From Clostridia bacterium (GTDB lineage Bacteria; Bacillota; Clostridia; Christensenellales; CAG-1252), in assembly GCA_024685775.1 (NCBI GenBank), contig JAIKVL010000016.1, positions 40,128 through 104,127 of the forward strand: 64,000 nt of DNA, in the 5' to 3' direction. The notes under the pieces were generated by a model. The model worked only from the letters and a program-made list of their open reading frames with translations, had not been told where the DNA came from and searched no databases. Made by a program: the position numbers and the translations under genes. Below, piece by piece: positions 54,303 through 63,359 of this stretch (position 1 is its first letter; each line of letters starts with the position of its first letter).

Positions 54303-54317
54303 GTTTTGGAGGAGAAT

Positions 54318-55745
54318 ATGAGCCAACTACATGAAGAATGTGGAGTTTTCGGGATTTTCAGCAAACGCAAAACCGATCTACCGACGCTCTCCTATTACGC
54401 ACTGTACGCATTGCAGCATCGAGGACAGGAAAGCGCGGGGATTGCGCTGAATGACGACGGCGTGTTTCGATACGTTAAAGGAGAAGGGCTCGTAGGCGAT
54501 ACGCTCGGCGGCGACAAACTCCGCGCGCTCGGAGAAGGAAAGATCGCCGTCGGACACGTCCGCTATGCGACGACGGGCGGAAAACTCATGCAAAACATTC
54601 AGCCTTTGATCGTAAACCATTGCAAAGGAAGTTTGGCGCTCTGCCATAACGGCAATCTCTCGAACTCGTATGAACTTCGATTGCGGCTTGAAAAACAAGG
54701 AGCGATCTTTCATACGACCACAGATTCCGAAGTCATCTCTTATATGATTGTGCAAGAACGATTGAAAACCGATTCGATCGAAAACGCGATTCGCGCGACG
54801 ATGGACGTGATCGAAGGCGCTTATTCTCTCGTGATCAGTTCTCCGCGAAAATTGATCGCCGTCCGCGATCCTCACGGTTTCAGACCGCTCTGTTACGGCG
54901 AAACGGAAGACGGGAGCATCGTTTTCGCTTCCGAATCCTGCGCGCTCGACGCGATCGGAGCAAAACTCATCAGAGATCTTCGCCCGGGCGAAATGGCGGT
55001 CGTCGACCAAAACGGGATACGCTTCGACGATTCGAAATGCGGCGATTGTCCGAAACGGTTCTGCGTGTTCGAATATATCTATTTCGCACGCCCCGATTCC
55101 GTGATCGACGGAGCATCCGTCAGCCTTTGCAGACAAAAGGCAGGTAGTTTTCTCGCAAAAGAGCACCCCGTTGACGCGGATATCGTGATCGGCGTTCCTG
55201 ACTCCGGACTCGAAGCGGCGATCGGGTATTCGCACGGATCCGGCATTCCCTACGCTATCGGATTTACGAAAAACAAATATATCGCGCGCACCTTCATCGC
55301 GCCTGAGCAAACTTCCCGCGAAAAAGGCGTCGGAATTAAGCTCAACCCGATCCGCGAAGTAGTTAAAGGCAAACGGATCGTTTTGATCGATGATTCCATT
55401 GTTCGCGGAACGACCAGCCGAAGGATCATAGGGCTGCTTCGACAAGCGGGCGCAAAAGAAATCCACATGCGCGTAAGCGCGCCGCCTTTCACAAATCCAT
55501 GCTTCTACGGAACGGATATCGATAACGCCGATGCATTGATCGCAAACCGCCTTCGCATCGAAGAAATCGCCCGAGAAATCGGTGCCGACTCGCTCGGATA
55601 CCTAAGCATCGAAAACGTTCGCCTTCTTGCCGGAAAAGACACGGGCTTTTGCACGGCGTGTTTCGGCGGCGAATACCCGACCGCGATCCCCGACAAAACA
55701 TCGAAAAACCGCTTCGAAACGAAGATCGGAGAGAAACTCGAATAA
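54318..55745 (+). CDS. purF: amidophosphoribosyltransferase
   Basis: Trimmed to ATG 54318. The N-terminus MSQLHEECGVFGIF carries the N-terminal nucleophile Cys. The PRPP loop is IVLIDDSIVRGTTS. The Fe-S cysteines are CFYGTD and CTACFGGEYP. Confidence 0.95.
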   Translation: MSQLHEECGVFGIFSKRKTDLPTLSYYALYALQHRGQESAGIALNDDGVFRYVKGEGLVGDTLGGDKLRALGEGKIAVGHVRYATTGGKLMQNIQPLIVNHCKGSLALCHNGNLSNSYELRLRLEKQGAIFHTTTDSEVISYMIVQERLKTDSIENAIRATMDVIEGAYSLVISSPRKLIAVRDPHGFRPLCYGETEDGSIVFASESCALDAIGAKLIRDLRPGEMAVVDQNGIRFDDSKCGDCPKRFCVFEYIYFARPDSVIDGASVSLCRQKAGSFLAKEHPVDADIVIGVPDSGLEAAIGYSHGSGIPYAIGFTKNKYIARTFIAPEQTSREKGVGIKLNPIREVVKGKRIVLIDDSIVRGTTSRRIIGLLRQAGAKEIHMRVSAPPFTNPCFYGTDIDNADALIANRLRIEEIAREIGADSLGYLSIENVRLLAGKDTGFCTACFGGEYPTAIPDKTSKNRFETKIGEKLE

Positions 55746-55901
55746 GCGAATAAAAATATTAACACTTATTTAAAATGAACCGTCAGCCCATTGACGCGTT
55801 TGTTTTTGTTTGCCTCGTCATTTTTCATGCAGGAAATACTGGACATTCGCAACCGATCGCACTATAATGTAAGAAAAGTAAGAAAGGTAGGTCGATTGAT
55901 T

Positions 55902-56126
55902 ATGAAAAGAGCCAAAGAAGAAAATCGGTTTATCGTCAGCGTAAAGGTCGGACCGAAGGGGCAGATCACCATCCCCGTCGAAGCGCGAAAGATGTTTGAC
56001 ATCGAAATCGGCGACACGCTGATGATCTTGGGCGATAAAAAAAGAGGTCTCGCAATTATGAAAGACGATGCGTTTTATGCTTTAATGGGAGGAATGGATT
56101 CGAATGGACGCGATCAAAATCAATAA
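55902..56126 (+). CDS. AbrB/MazE/SpoVT-family DNA-binding domain protein (74 aa)
   Basis: The sequence VKVGPKGQITIPVEARKMFDIEIGDTLMILGD fits the SpoVT-AbrB fold. Upstream are TGGACA, a 17-nt spacer and TATAAT (55864-55869). Confidence 0.8.
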   Translation: MKRAKEENRFIVSVKVGPKGQITIPVEARKMFDIEIGDTLMILGDKKRGLAIMKDDAFYALMGGMDSNGRDQNQ

Positions 56127-56838
56127 TTTAACGAAACGATACAAAGACGTAGTCGCCGTGGATGGACTGGATCTTTCGATCTCGGAGGGAGAGCTTTTTT
56201 CCCTGCTCGGCGTAAACGGCGCGGGCAAGACGACGACGATCAAGATGCTCTCGGGGCTCGTAAAGCCGACCTCGGGCGACGCTTTTCTTTTCGGTCACTC
56301 GATCACGAAAGACGAAGAAAAGATCAAAGGTATGGTGGATATTTCGATGCAGGAGACCTCGGTCGCGAGAAAGCTGACCGTTCGGGAAAACGTCCGCTTT
56401 TACGCGAGCCTCGCGGGGCAAAGCAAAGCGGAGATCGAAGAGAGCGAGCGCTACGTCTTCGATATTTTCTCCCTCGCGGAAGTCGCGGACAAGCAAGCCG
56501 ACAAACTTTCGGGCGGTTGGCAGAGAAAGCTCTCGATCGCCCTCGCCTTGGTCACGAAGCCCAAGATCCTCTTTTTGGACGAGCCGACGCTCGGGCTGGA
56601 CGTCCTCGCGCGGAGAGAGCTTTGGGCGGCGATCCAAGGTCTCAAAGGGAAAATGACGATCATTTTGACGACGCACTATATGGAAGAAGCCGAAGCCCTT
56701 TCCGACCGCATCGGAATTATGAAAAGCGGGAAACTTCTCTTTATGGGAACGAAAGAGGAGCTTTTCGATCAAACGAATCAAACGAGCGTCGAGGACGCCT
56801 TCGTCCTGCTCGCGACGGGAGGAAACGAAAATGCGTAA
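56104..56838 (+). CDS. ABC transporter ATP-binding protein (ABC-2/DrrA-like)
   Basis: Motifs are GVNGAGKTTT, LSGGWQRKLSIALAL and LFLDEPTLGLD. It overlaps the AbrB-like gene by 23 nt. Confidence 0.9.
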   Translation: MDAIKINNLTKRYKDVVAVDGLDLSISEGELFSLLGVNGAGKTTTIKMLSGLVKPTSGDAFLFGHSITKDEEKIKGMVDISMQETSVARKLTVRENVRFYASLAGQSKAEIEESERYVFDIFSLAEVADKQADKLSGGWQRKLSIALALVTKPKILFLDEPTLGLDVLARRELWAAIQGLKGKMTIILTTHYMEEAEALSDRIGIMKSGKLLFMGTKEELFDQTNQTSVEDAFVLLATGGNENA

Positions 56839-57583
56839 ATCCTTAAAAAGAATCGGAGCTTTGACCTGCCGCAACCTGAAAGAGATCGCGCGCGATCCCC
56901 TTTCCCTCGCCCTGACCTTTGCGATGCCGCTCGCGATGGAGATCCTCTTTTATCTCGCGTTTCACAGCGCAGCTCCGCACTTTCAAATGAAATATCTCGC
57001 GCCGGGCATCGTCGTCTTCTCGCAAGCGTTTTTGACCCTCTTTATGGGGCTTTTGATCGCGCTCGACCGAAGCTCGGCGTTCCTGACGAGGCTGTTCGTT
57101 TCCAAAGCAAGATCTTACGAATTCATCCTATCCTACGCTCTTTCCGCCATGCCGATTGCCTTCGTGCAATTCATTCTGTTTCTTCTCGTCGGCGGGATCA
57201 TCGATCCGAGCATTTTCTCGCCGGGAATGCTGTTCGCTTTGCTTTTGAGCATTTTGACGGCGATGACCTTCGTCGGACTCGGCGTCCTGTTCGGTTGCGT
57301 ATGTAGCGAAAAGTCCGTCGGCGGCGTCTCTTCCATCGTCATCGCGGGGCAATCCGTCTTATCCGGAATGTGGTTCCCCCTGGAAGGGCTTCCCAAAGGC
57401 TTCGTAACCTTTATGGACGTCCTGCCCTTCCGCAACGCGACGATGCTCGTCTCGAACGCTTCGAGCGGCGCGCCTCTTACGTTCGCGAATTACGGGCAGC
57501 CCGCTTTGATCGTGGCAGCCTATACGCTCGTCCTTTTCGTCGCGGCGATCCTCGCTTTCAAAAGCAAAATGAAGGCGAAATAA
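56831..57583 (+). CDS. ABC-2 type transporter permease
   Basis: 250 aa with 6 TM helices. It overlaps the ATPase gene by 8 nt. Confidence 0.8.
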   Translation: MRKSLKRIGALTCRNLKEIARDPLSLALTFAMPLAMEILFYLAFHSAAPHFQMKYLAPGIVVFSQAFLTLFMGLLIALDRSSAFLTRLFVSKARSYEFILSYALSAMPIAFVQFILFLLVGGIIDPSIFSPGMLFALLLSILTAMTFVGLGVLFGCVCSEKSVGGVSSIVIAGQSVLSGMWFPLEGLPKGFVTFMDVLPFRNATMLVSNASSGAPLTFANYGQPALIVAAYTLVLFVAAILAFKSKMKAK

Positions 57584-57588
57584 CGACC

Positions 57589-58188
57589 GTGAAAAACCGT
57601 TTGATCTATCTTCACGGGAAAGGCGGCAGCCCCGACGAAGCGGAGCACTACAAACCGCTCTTCCCCGATTTCGAAGTCATCGGATTAAACTACCGCGCCG
57701 AAACCCCTTGGGACGCGAAAGCCGAGATCGGCGAAGCGATCCGCGCGGCGAAAAAAGGATGCGACCGCTTGATCCTCGTGGCGAACAGCATCGGCGCGTT
57801 TTACGCGATGAGCGCCGAGGTCGATGCTTTTACGGAAAAAGCCTTTTTCATTTCTCCGATCGTCGATATGGAAAGGCTGATCCTCGACATTTTGGCGTGG
57901 TCGGGGTTGACGGAAAAAGAACTCGAAGAGAAAGGCAAACTCGCGACGGCGTTCGGCGAAGACCTTTATTGGGAGTATCTGACCTACGTTCGCAGTCATC
58001 CCCTTTCTTGGCGCGCGCCGACCGAGATCTTATACGGTTCCGCGGACGAACTCACTCGGCTCGAAACGGTCGAAACCTTCGCGAAAAAGATCGGCGCGAA
58101 GCTGACCGTAATGCCGGGCGGCGAACATTGGTTCCATACCGCGGAACAAATGGAGTTCCTCGACTCTTGGATCCGAAACGCTTTATAA
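57589..58188 (+). CDS. alpha/beta hydrolase fold protein (199 aa)
   Basis: The start is GTG 57589, because there is no in-frame ATG after the upstream stop. The N-terminus is IYLHGKGGSPDEA. The nucleophile elbow is LVANSIGAFYA. The C-terminus has GGEHWFH. Confidence 0.7.
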   Translation: MKNRLIYLHGKGGSPDEAEHYKPLFPDFEVIGLNYRAETPWDAKAEIGEAIRAAKKGCDRLILVANSIGAFYAMSAEVDAFTEKAFFISPIVDMERLILDILAWSGLTEKELEEKGKLATAFGEDLYWEYLTYVRSHPLSWRAPTEILYGSADELTRLETVETFAKKIGAKLTVMPGGEHWFHTAEQMEFLDSWIRNAL

Positions 58189-58198
58189 TTCACCCTCG

Positions 58199-58282
58199 GG
58201 TCGCGCGATTTCGCGACCTTTTTATAAAAAAAAGAGGCGCGAAACCTCTTTTATGCAAATATGCGCATAGGCGCATATTTTG
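58199..58282. terminator. cluster of three hairpins between convergent genes
   Basis: Hairpin 1 is GGTCGCG/CGCGACC followed by T5 (58199-58223, plus strand). Hairpin 2 is AGAGG/CCTCT, flanked by A8 and T4 (58226-58252). Hairpin 3 is ATATGCGC/GCGCATAT (58259-58278). Confidence 0.55.
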
Positions 58283-58363
58283 ATATCGGAATAAATCGCC
58301 CGCTCCGATTTTATCGGAAAACCGTTCGCGTTATCGCCTTTTCCCTGTCGGCGTTTCCCGCCG

Positions 58364-59110
58364 TTAAGCGTTCGCTTCCCGATCCCAAGCGTCGACGTCT
58401 GGGAGCGTTACGGACGCGCCGCCGTAAACGAACGTCCAAGTAAAGTCGCTGACGGTTTCGCCTTCGGCGTCGGTTATAACGACGCGAAGGGTTTGCACGA
58501 ATCCCTTATCGGCAGTCGCGGTCATGCTGAAAGTACGCTGTTCTGTGGCACAAGTAAATTCCAATGAACCGCGGGAAACGTTGTTTTCCCATTCGATCGT
58601 GGCGCGGCAATGGAAATTATCGCCGATTTCCGGAATCTCATCGGCGACGCTCGCGCCGCTATCCTTATTCATAAACGAGCAGTAATTGCGATTATAAAGA
58701 TCCGCCATCGTGCCGTTTTCGCCATCCTCGCGATATCCCCTTTTGCTACTGTCCGAGCAAAGGTAGGAACGTTGCGATCGATTCACTGTCGCCACGTAAA
58801 AATGCGATCCGTTTTTGAAAGCGTAGACTTCCGAGCCGTCCTTATTCAGGGTGTAACTGCTCGCGCCTTTTACGGTTTCCACGTACTGCACTTCGCCGTC
58901 CTTATCTTTGCAGGTAACGACGAAATCGGGATCTTCCAAGGTGTCTTTGAAAAAGTCGCTTTTCAGCTGCAAGGAGTATTCTTTTTCCGAAGAATCCAAA
59001 TACTCGGTTCCGTCCATATGTCCCCATTCGCCTCCGCAAGCGGAAAACGCAAAGAGACTTGCGAAACAAACGAGCCAAACGATCGAAAAGAATACTCTCG
59101 ATTTTTTCAT
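58364..59110 (-). CDS. hypothetical lipoprotein (248 aa)
   Basis: The signal peptide and lipobox are MKKSRVFFSIVWLVCFASLFAFSAC. I recognise no family. Confidence 0.6.
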   Translation of the reverse strand: MKKSRVFFSIVWLVCFASLFAFSACGGEWGHMDGTEYLDSSEKEYSLQLKSDFFKDTLEDPDFVVTCKDKDGEVQYVETVKGASSYTLNKDGSEVYAFKNGSHFYVATVNRSQRSYLCSDSSKRGYREDGENGTMADLYNRNYCSFMNKDSGASVADEIPEIGDNFHCRATIEWENNVSRGSLEFTCATEQRTFSMTATADKGFVQTLRVVITDAEGETVSDFTWTFVYGGASVTLPDVDAWDREANA

Positions 59111-59125
59111 AGGGAAACCCGCCTT

Positions 59126-60226
59126 TTAATTCATTTCTTTTTCCGCAAGACGAAGCGCGGATTCGAGAACGTCGTCCATATCGTAATACTTATATTCGCC
59201 GAGCCGCCCGCCGAAAATAACGTCCGTTTCCTTTTCGGCTTTCTTTTTGTACTTCTCGTACAAGGCTTGGTTTTTCTCGTTATTCACGGGATAATAGGCT
59301 TCTTTCCCGAGCGTCCAAGTCTCCGGGAATTCGTAGCTGATAATCGTCTTTTCCCCTTCGCCGAACTCGAATTTTTTATGCTCAATGATGCGGGTATACG
59401 GGACGGAAGCTTCCGTGTAGTTGACGACGGCGGTCTCCTGAAAACTTTTTTCGTTCAGAGTCTTCGTCTCGAAGCGCAGACTCCTGTATTCGAGGGGACC
59501 GAATTCGTAGGAATAGAATTCGTCGATCGCGCCGGTGTAGACCGTCCGTTTCGCGATCCCCGGATGCCCTTTTACGAAGTCTTTGTAATCCGCGCCGAGC
59601 AAAACTTCGATCCCGTCCAGCATTTTCGCGACCATTTCGGTATAGCCGCCGATCGGGATCCCTTGATAAACGTCGTTGAAATAATTGTTATCGAAGGTAA
59701 AGCGGAGCGGAAGCCTTTTGATGATCGAAGCCGGAAGCTCCTTGCACGGACGGCCCCACTGCTTTTCGGTGTAGCCCTTGACGAGCTTCTCGAAAACGTC
59801 CCGCCCGACGAGGCGAAGCGCTTGCTCTTCGAGGTTTTTCGGCTCGGTTTTCGGAAGCTCCGCGATCTGCTTTTCGATGATCGCTTTCGCTTCTTCCGCC
59901 GTTTCCACGCCCCACATTTCGCGGAACGTGTTCATATTAAAGGGCAAATGATAGAGTTTGCCTTTATAGTTTGCGAGCGGCGAATTGATAAAATCGTTAA
60001 ACGCCGCGAAACGGTTCGCGAACGCCCAAACTTCCTCGTTCGAAGTATGGAAAATATGCGCGCCGTAACGATGGACGTCGATCCCGTCCACGCGCTCGGT
60101 ATAGACGTTTCCCGCGATATGCGGGCGGCGATCGATGACGAGGACTTTCTTCCCCGCGTCCGTCATTTGGCGAGCGAACGCCGCGCCGAAGAGCCCCGCG
60201 CCGACGACGAGATAATCGTAGGTCAT
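59126..60226 (-). CDS. glf: UDP-galactopyranose mutase
   Basis: Trimmed to ATG 60226, which overlaps the upstream stop as ATGA. The N-terminus is MTYDYLVVGAGLFGAAFARQ...IDRRPHIGGNVYT-like. The size is 366 aa. Confidence 0.9.
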   Translation of the reverse strand: MTYDYLVVGAGLFGAAFARQMTDAGKKVLVIDRRPHIAGNVYTERVDGIDVHRYGAHIFHTSNEEVWAFANRFAAFNDFINSPLANYKGKLYHLPFNMNTFREMWGVETAEEAKAIIEKQIAELPKTEPKNLEEQALRLVGRDVFEKLVKGYTEKQWGRPCKELPASIIKRLPLRFTFDNNYFNDVYQGIPIGGYTEMVAKMLDGIEVLLGADYKDFVKGHPGIAKRTVYTGAIDEFYSYEFGPLEYRSLRFETKTLNEKSFQETAVVNYTEASVPYTRIIEHKKFEFGEGEKTIISYEFPETWTLGKEAYYPVNNEKNQALYEKYKKKAEKETDVIFGGRLGEYKYYDMDDVLESALRLAEKEMN

Positions 60227-61620
60227 GCTTTCGCCTCCGTGATCTTTCTCGCGAGATAGACGCCCATAACGGACGCCATCATCAAACCGCGCGTCCAACC
60301 CGTGCTGTCGCCGAGGCAATGCAGGTGACCGATCGAGGTCGAGAGGTTCTCGTCCATCTTGATCTTATTCGAATAGAATTTGAGTTCGGGCGAATAAAGA
60401 AGGGTCTCGTCCGACGCGAACCCGGGAACGATAACGTCCACGCTCTTGATGAAATTGATGATGGAAAGCATCGCACGGTACGGCATCGCGGCGGTGATAT
60501 CGCCCGCGACCGCGTCTTTCAGGGTCGGGCGGACGTTGGAATGTTCGAGTTCGTTCGGCCAAGTGCGTTTTCCGTCCAGAATATCGCCGTAGCGTTGGAC
60601 GAGCATTTTCCCGTTTCCGAGCATATTCGTCAGTTCGCCGACCTTTTTCGCGTATTCGATCGGCTGATTGAACGGCTGGGTAAAGTTATGCGAGCAAAGA
60701 ATCGCGAGGTTCGTGTTTTCGGATTTGAGTTCTTTATAAGAATGCCCGTTGACGACCGCGAGGTTCTCGTCGTAATTCTCTTGGCTGACGAAGCCGCCGG
60801 GGTTTTGGCAGAAAGTCCTGACCTTGTTTTTGAAAGGCTTCGGATGCCCGATGAGTTTCGCTTCGTACAGGACGCGGTTGATCTCTTCCATCACCTCGTT
60901 TCGGACCTCGACGCGGACGCCGATATCCACCGTCCCGGGTTGGTGCAAAATCCCGTGTTTCGCACACATAACTTCGAGCCACGACGCGCCGCGACGCCCG
61001 GTGCAGACGATGACCTCTTTCGCTTCGACGGCTTCGACTTTGTCGCCGAAACGGACGAGCGCGCCTTTACACTCCTCGTTCTCGATGATGAGATCGGTGC
61101 ATTCGGTGTTGAAGAACATTTCCACCCCTTCGCCGAGAAGATACTTTTCGATATCGTAATAGATCTGCTGGGCTTTCTCCGTCCCCATATGGCGGATCGG
61201 GCAATCGACGAGCTTCAAGCCCGCTTGGATCGCCTTTTTGCGGATCTCTTTGATCTCTTCTTTATGGTCCACGCCCTCGATCTTTTTATCCGCGCCGAAC
61301 GCGAGATAGATCGAATCTGCGTAATGGATCAGATCCTGAACGGTGTCGTATCCGATCAGATCGGGGAGATCGCCGCCGACGTCCGCCGAGAGGGAAAGTT
61401 TCCCGTCCGAAAACGCGCCCGCGCCCGAAAATCCCGTCGTGATCGCGCAGTTCTTGCAATTCACGCATTTCCCGGTCTTCGCCTTCGGGCAAGCGCGCTT
61501 TTCGATCGCCGCGCCTTTTTCGATGAAGGTGATCTTCTCTTTGCAGCCGCGCTTCAAAAGCTCGATGGCGGTAAATATGCCGGCGGGTCCGGCGCCTATG
61601 ATCAAATAATCGGTTTTCAT
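60223..61620 (-). CDS. FAD-dependent oxidoreductase (COG2509-like, function unknown)
   Basis: Trimmed to ATG 61620. The N-terminus is MKTDYLIIGAGPAGIFTAIEL. The C-terminus has GDSTGWTRGLMMA. Confidence 0.75.
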   Translation of the reverse strand: MKTDYLIIGAGPAGIFTAIELLKRGCKEKITFIEKGAAIEKRACPKAKTGKCVNCKNCAITTGFSGAGAFSDGKLSLSADVGGDLPDLIGYDTVQDLIHYADSIYLAFGADKKIEGVDHKEEIKEIRKKAIQAGLKLVDCPIRHMGTEKAQQIYYDIEKYLLGEGVEMFFNTECTDLIIENEECKGALVRFGDKVEAVEAKEVIVCTGRRGASWLEVMCAKHGILHQPGTVDIGVRVEVRNEVMEEINRVLYEAKLIGHPKPFKNKVRTFCQNPGGFVSQENYDENLAVVNGHSYKELKSENTNLAILCSHNFTQPFNQPIEYAKKVGELTNMLGNGKMLVQRYGDILDGKRTWPNELEHSNVRPTLKDAVAGDITAAMPYRAMLSIINFIKSVDVIVPGFASDETLLYSPELKFYSNKIKMDENLSTSIGHLHCLGDSTGWTRGLMMASVMGVYLARKITEAKA

Positions 61621-61781
61621 TTTTCGCTCCTTTCGATCTCTATGCGCGTGCGCCGAAGCGCACGCCGCTATACATAATACAACAAGGAAACCGAAAAAAC
61701 AACCTATTTCCTTTTTTTCGGAGAATTCTCGGGAAGAAGATTCCAAAGCAACTTACGAAAAACCGCCGCATATAGTAATGT

Positions 61782-62474
61782 ATGACGATCGGGGTAATGG
61801 ACAGCGGAATCGGAGGTCTCGGCGTTCTCGCCGAGCTCGTAAAAAGAAAATGCGCGGAAAACTACGTCTATTTCTCGGACGGGGAAAACCTACCCTATGG
61901 GAACAAGACCAAAAACGAACTTCGCGAGATCGCGCTCCGCGGGGTAAAGATCTTGCGGGAAAGAGGGGCGAACGTCCTCGTTTTCGGATGCAATACCCTC
62001 TCTTCCGCCGCGCTCGACGCCGCGCGGAACGCTTTCGTCGGTCCGACGTTCGGGCTTCTTCCCCGACCCGAATTCTGCCTCGGCAAATCCCTCCTTTTAA
62101 CGACGCCGACGACCGCGCTCTTTCTTCCGAAACTTTCCGAGAATCTTTCCCTTTTAACGCCGCCCGACCTCGCCGCGTTGATCGACGGGGACTATCCCGA
62201 TCTCACGAATGTCGAAGCCTATCTTTCGCCTCTCCTCGCGCCCTATGCGGACGCGGAAAGCGTCTATCTCGGTTGCTCCCATTACGTCTTTGCGCGATCG
62301 GTCTTTCGAAAAGCGCTCCCGAAGGCGAAGATCCTTTCCGGTATAAACGCGCTCGCCGACCTCGCAAAAGCAGTGTTGCCCGCGGCGAACGTCAAGAGTC
62401 AAAACGTCGATTTTCTTTTCAGCGGCAAGAGTCAAACCGACCGATACGCCGCGATCCTTTCCTCTCTTCTTTGA
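61782..62474 (+). CDS. murI: glutamate racemase
   Basis: Motifs are IGVMDSGIGGLGVL, FGCNTLS and LGCSHYVF. It is short, at 230 aa. Confidence 0.85.
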   Translation: MTIGVMDSGIGGLGVLAELVKRKCAENYVYFSDGENLPYGNKTKNELREIALRGVKILRERGANVLVFGCNTLSSAALDAARNAFVGPTFGLLPRPEFCLGKSLLLTTPTTALFLPKLSENLSLLTPPDLAALIDGDYPDLTNVEAYLSPLLAPYADAESVYLGCSHYVFARSVFRKALPKAKILSGINALADLAKAVLPAANVKSQNVDFLFSGKSQTDRYAAILSSLL

Positions 62475-62475
62475 T

Positions 62476-63228
62476 TCAAACAAACGCTTTTTCGATCCCT
62501 TTCGCAAGCGCGGAAGCAAACGCCGCGACGAAAAGGTCGATCTCTTTCGGGGTCACGACCAAAGAGGACGGAAGCGGCTCCACGAAACGCGCGTGACACA
62601 ATAGCGGAACGCCGACGGACAGGACGGGGACGCCGACGGTTTCTTCGGTCAATCCGATCCTTTCGTTTCCGACGCCCCCGCCCGGGGAAATCCCCGCGTC
62701 CGTGAGCTGAACGGCGCGACAAAGCCTTTCGACCTTCCGCGTGGCGAGGGTGTCCACCGCGAGGACGAGGTCGGGGCGGATTTCTCTTGCGACGCCGCGC
62801 GCGACCTCGGCGCTTTCGATCCCCGTCAGCCCGAAAACGGACGGCGAAAGGATGAAAAACCTCGCTTTTCCCTTTCTCGCGGGATCGAGTCTCTTCACCG
62901 TTTCGCTCCCGAGAGCGTCCGCGACAGCGAAAGGATTCCCGAGTCCGACGGCGAGAATCCTTTCGATTTTCCCTTTCGCGAGCCTTCTCGCGCTCTCCGC
63001 GACGGCACGCGAAATTTCCTCGGAAAGTTCGGATAATTCCAAAATATTTCCGTTTATCAGGATCGTCTGATATTCCCCTTTCCCGCGGATCGAAGAAAAG
63101 GACGCGAACGGCTCTTTTGCTTGAAAGGTCAATCTCGACAGTCGTTCTCCGATCCTTTCTTCCTCCGTTTTTATGCCCGTTTCCGAGGTTTCGGCGGCTT
63201 CCGAAGCGAGTTCTTCATATTGTTCCAT
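62476..63228 (-). CDS. gpr: GPR (germination protease) endopeptidase family
   Basis: Motifs are LAVGLGNPFAVADALG, FGLTGIESAEVARGVAREIRPDLVLAVDTLATR, and LTDAGISPGGGVGNER...GVPVLSVGVP. The start is uncertain: ATG 63228 is chosen, and the track's TTG is at 63276. It sits next to rpsT, as in Bacillus. Confidence 0.7.
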   Translation of the reverse strand: MEQYEELASEAAETSETGIKTEEERIGERLSRLTFQAKEPFASFSSIRGKGEYQTILINGNILELSELSEEISRAVAESARRLAKGKIERILAVGLGNPFAVADALGSETVKRLDPARKGKARFFILSPSVFGLTGIESAEVARGVAREIRPDLVLAVDTLATRKVERLCRAVQLTDAGISPGGGVGNERIGLTEETVGVPVLSVGVPLLCHARFVEPLPSSLVVTPKEIDLFVAAFASALAKGIEKAFV

Positions 63229-63359
63229 AGTTTTAGACTGCGAGAAATGAAAAATATTATCAAAAAATAATTGCAAAGCAAAGGGCGGCTATGCTAAAAT
63301 ACATATTACGTTAAAAACATAAATAAAAGGCGCGAACCGCGCCGAAAGGAGAAATTTTA

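Noticed and set aside
53795-54320. An intact integrated mobile element at tRNA-Leu.
   Set aside because: There is no integrase, excisionase or cargo gene. The X copies are only about 155 nt apart. At most these are remnants; see the finding on this region.
53743-54326. Small ORFs of 60-74 aa on both strands across the tRNA and repeat region.
   Set aside because: They overlap the tRNA gene and the terminator hairpins. None has a ribosome-binding site. Their reading frames are created by the repeats themselves.
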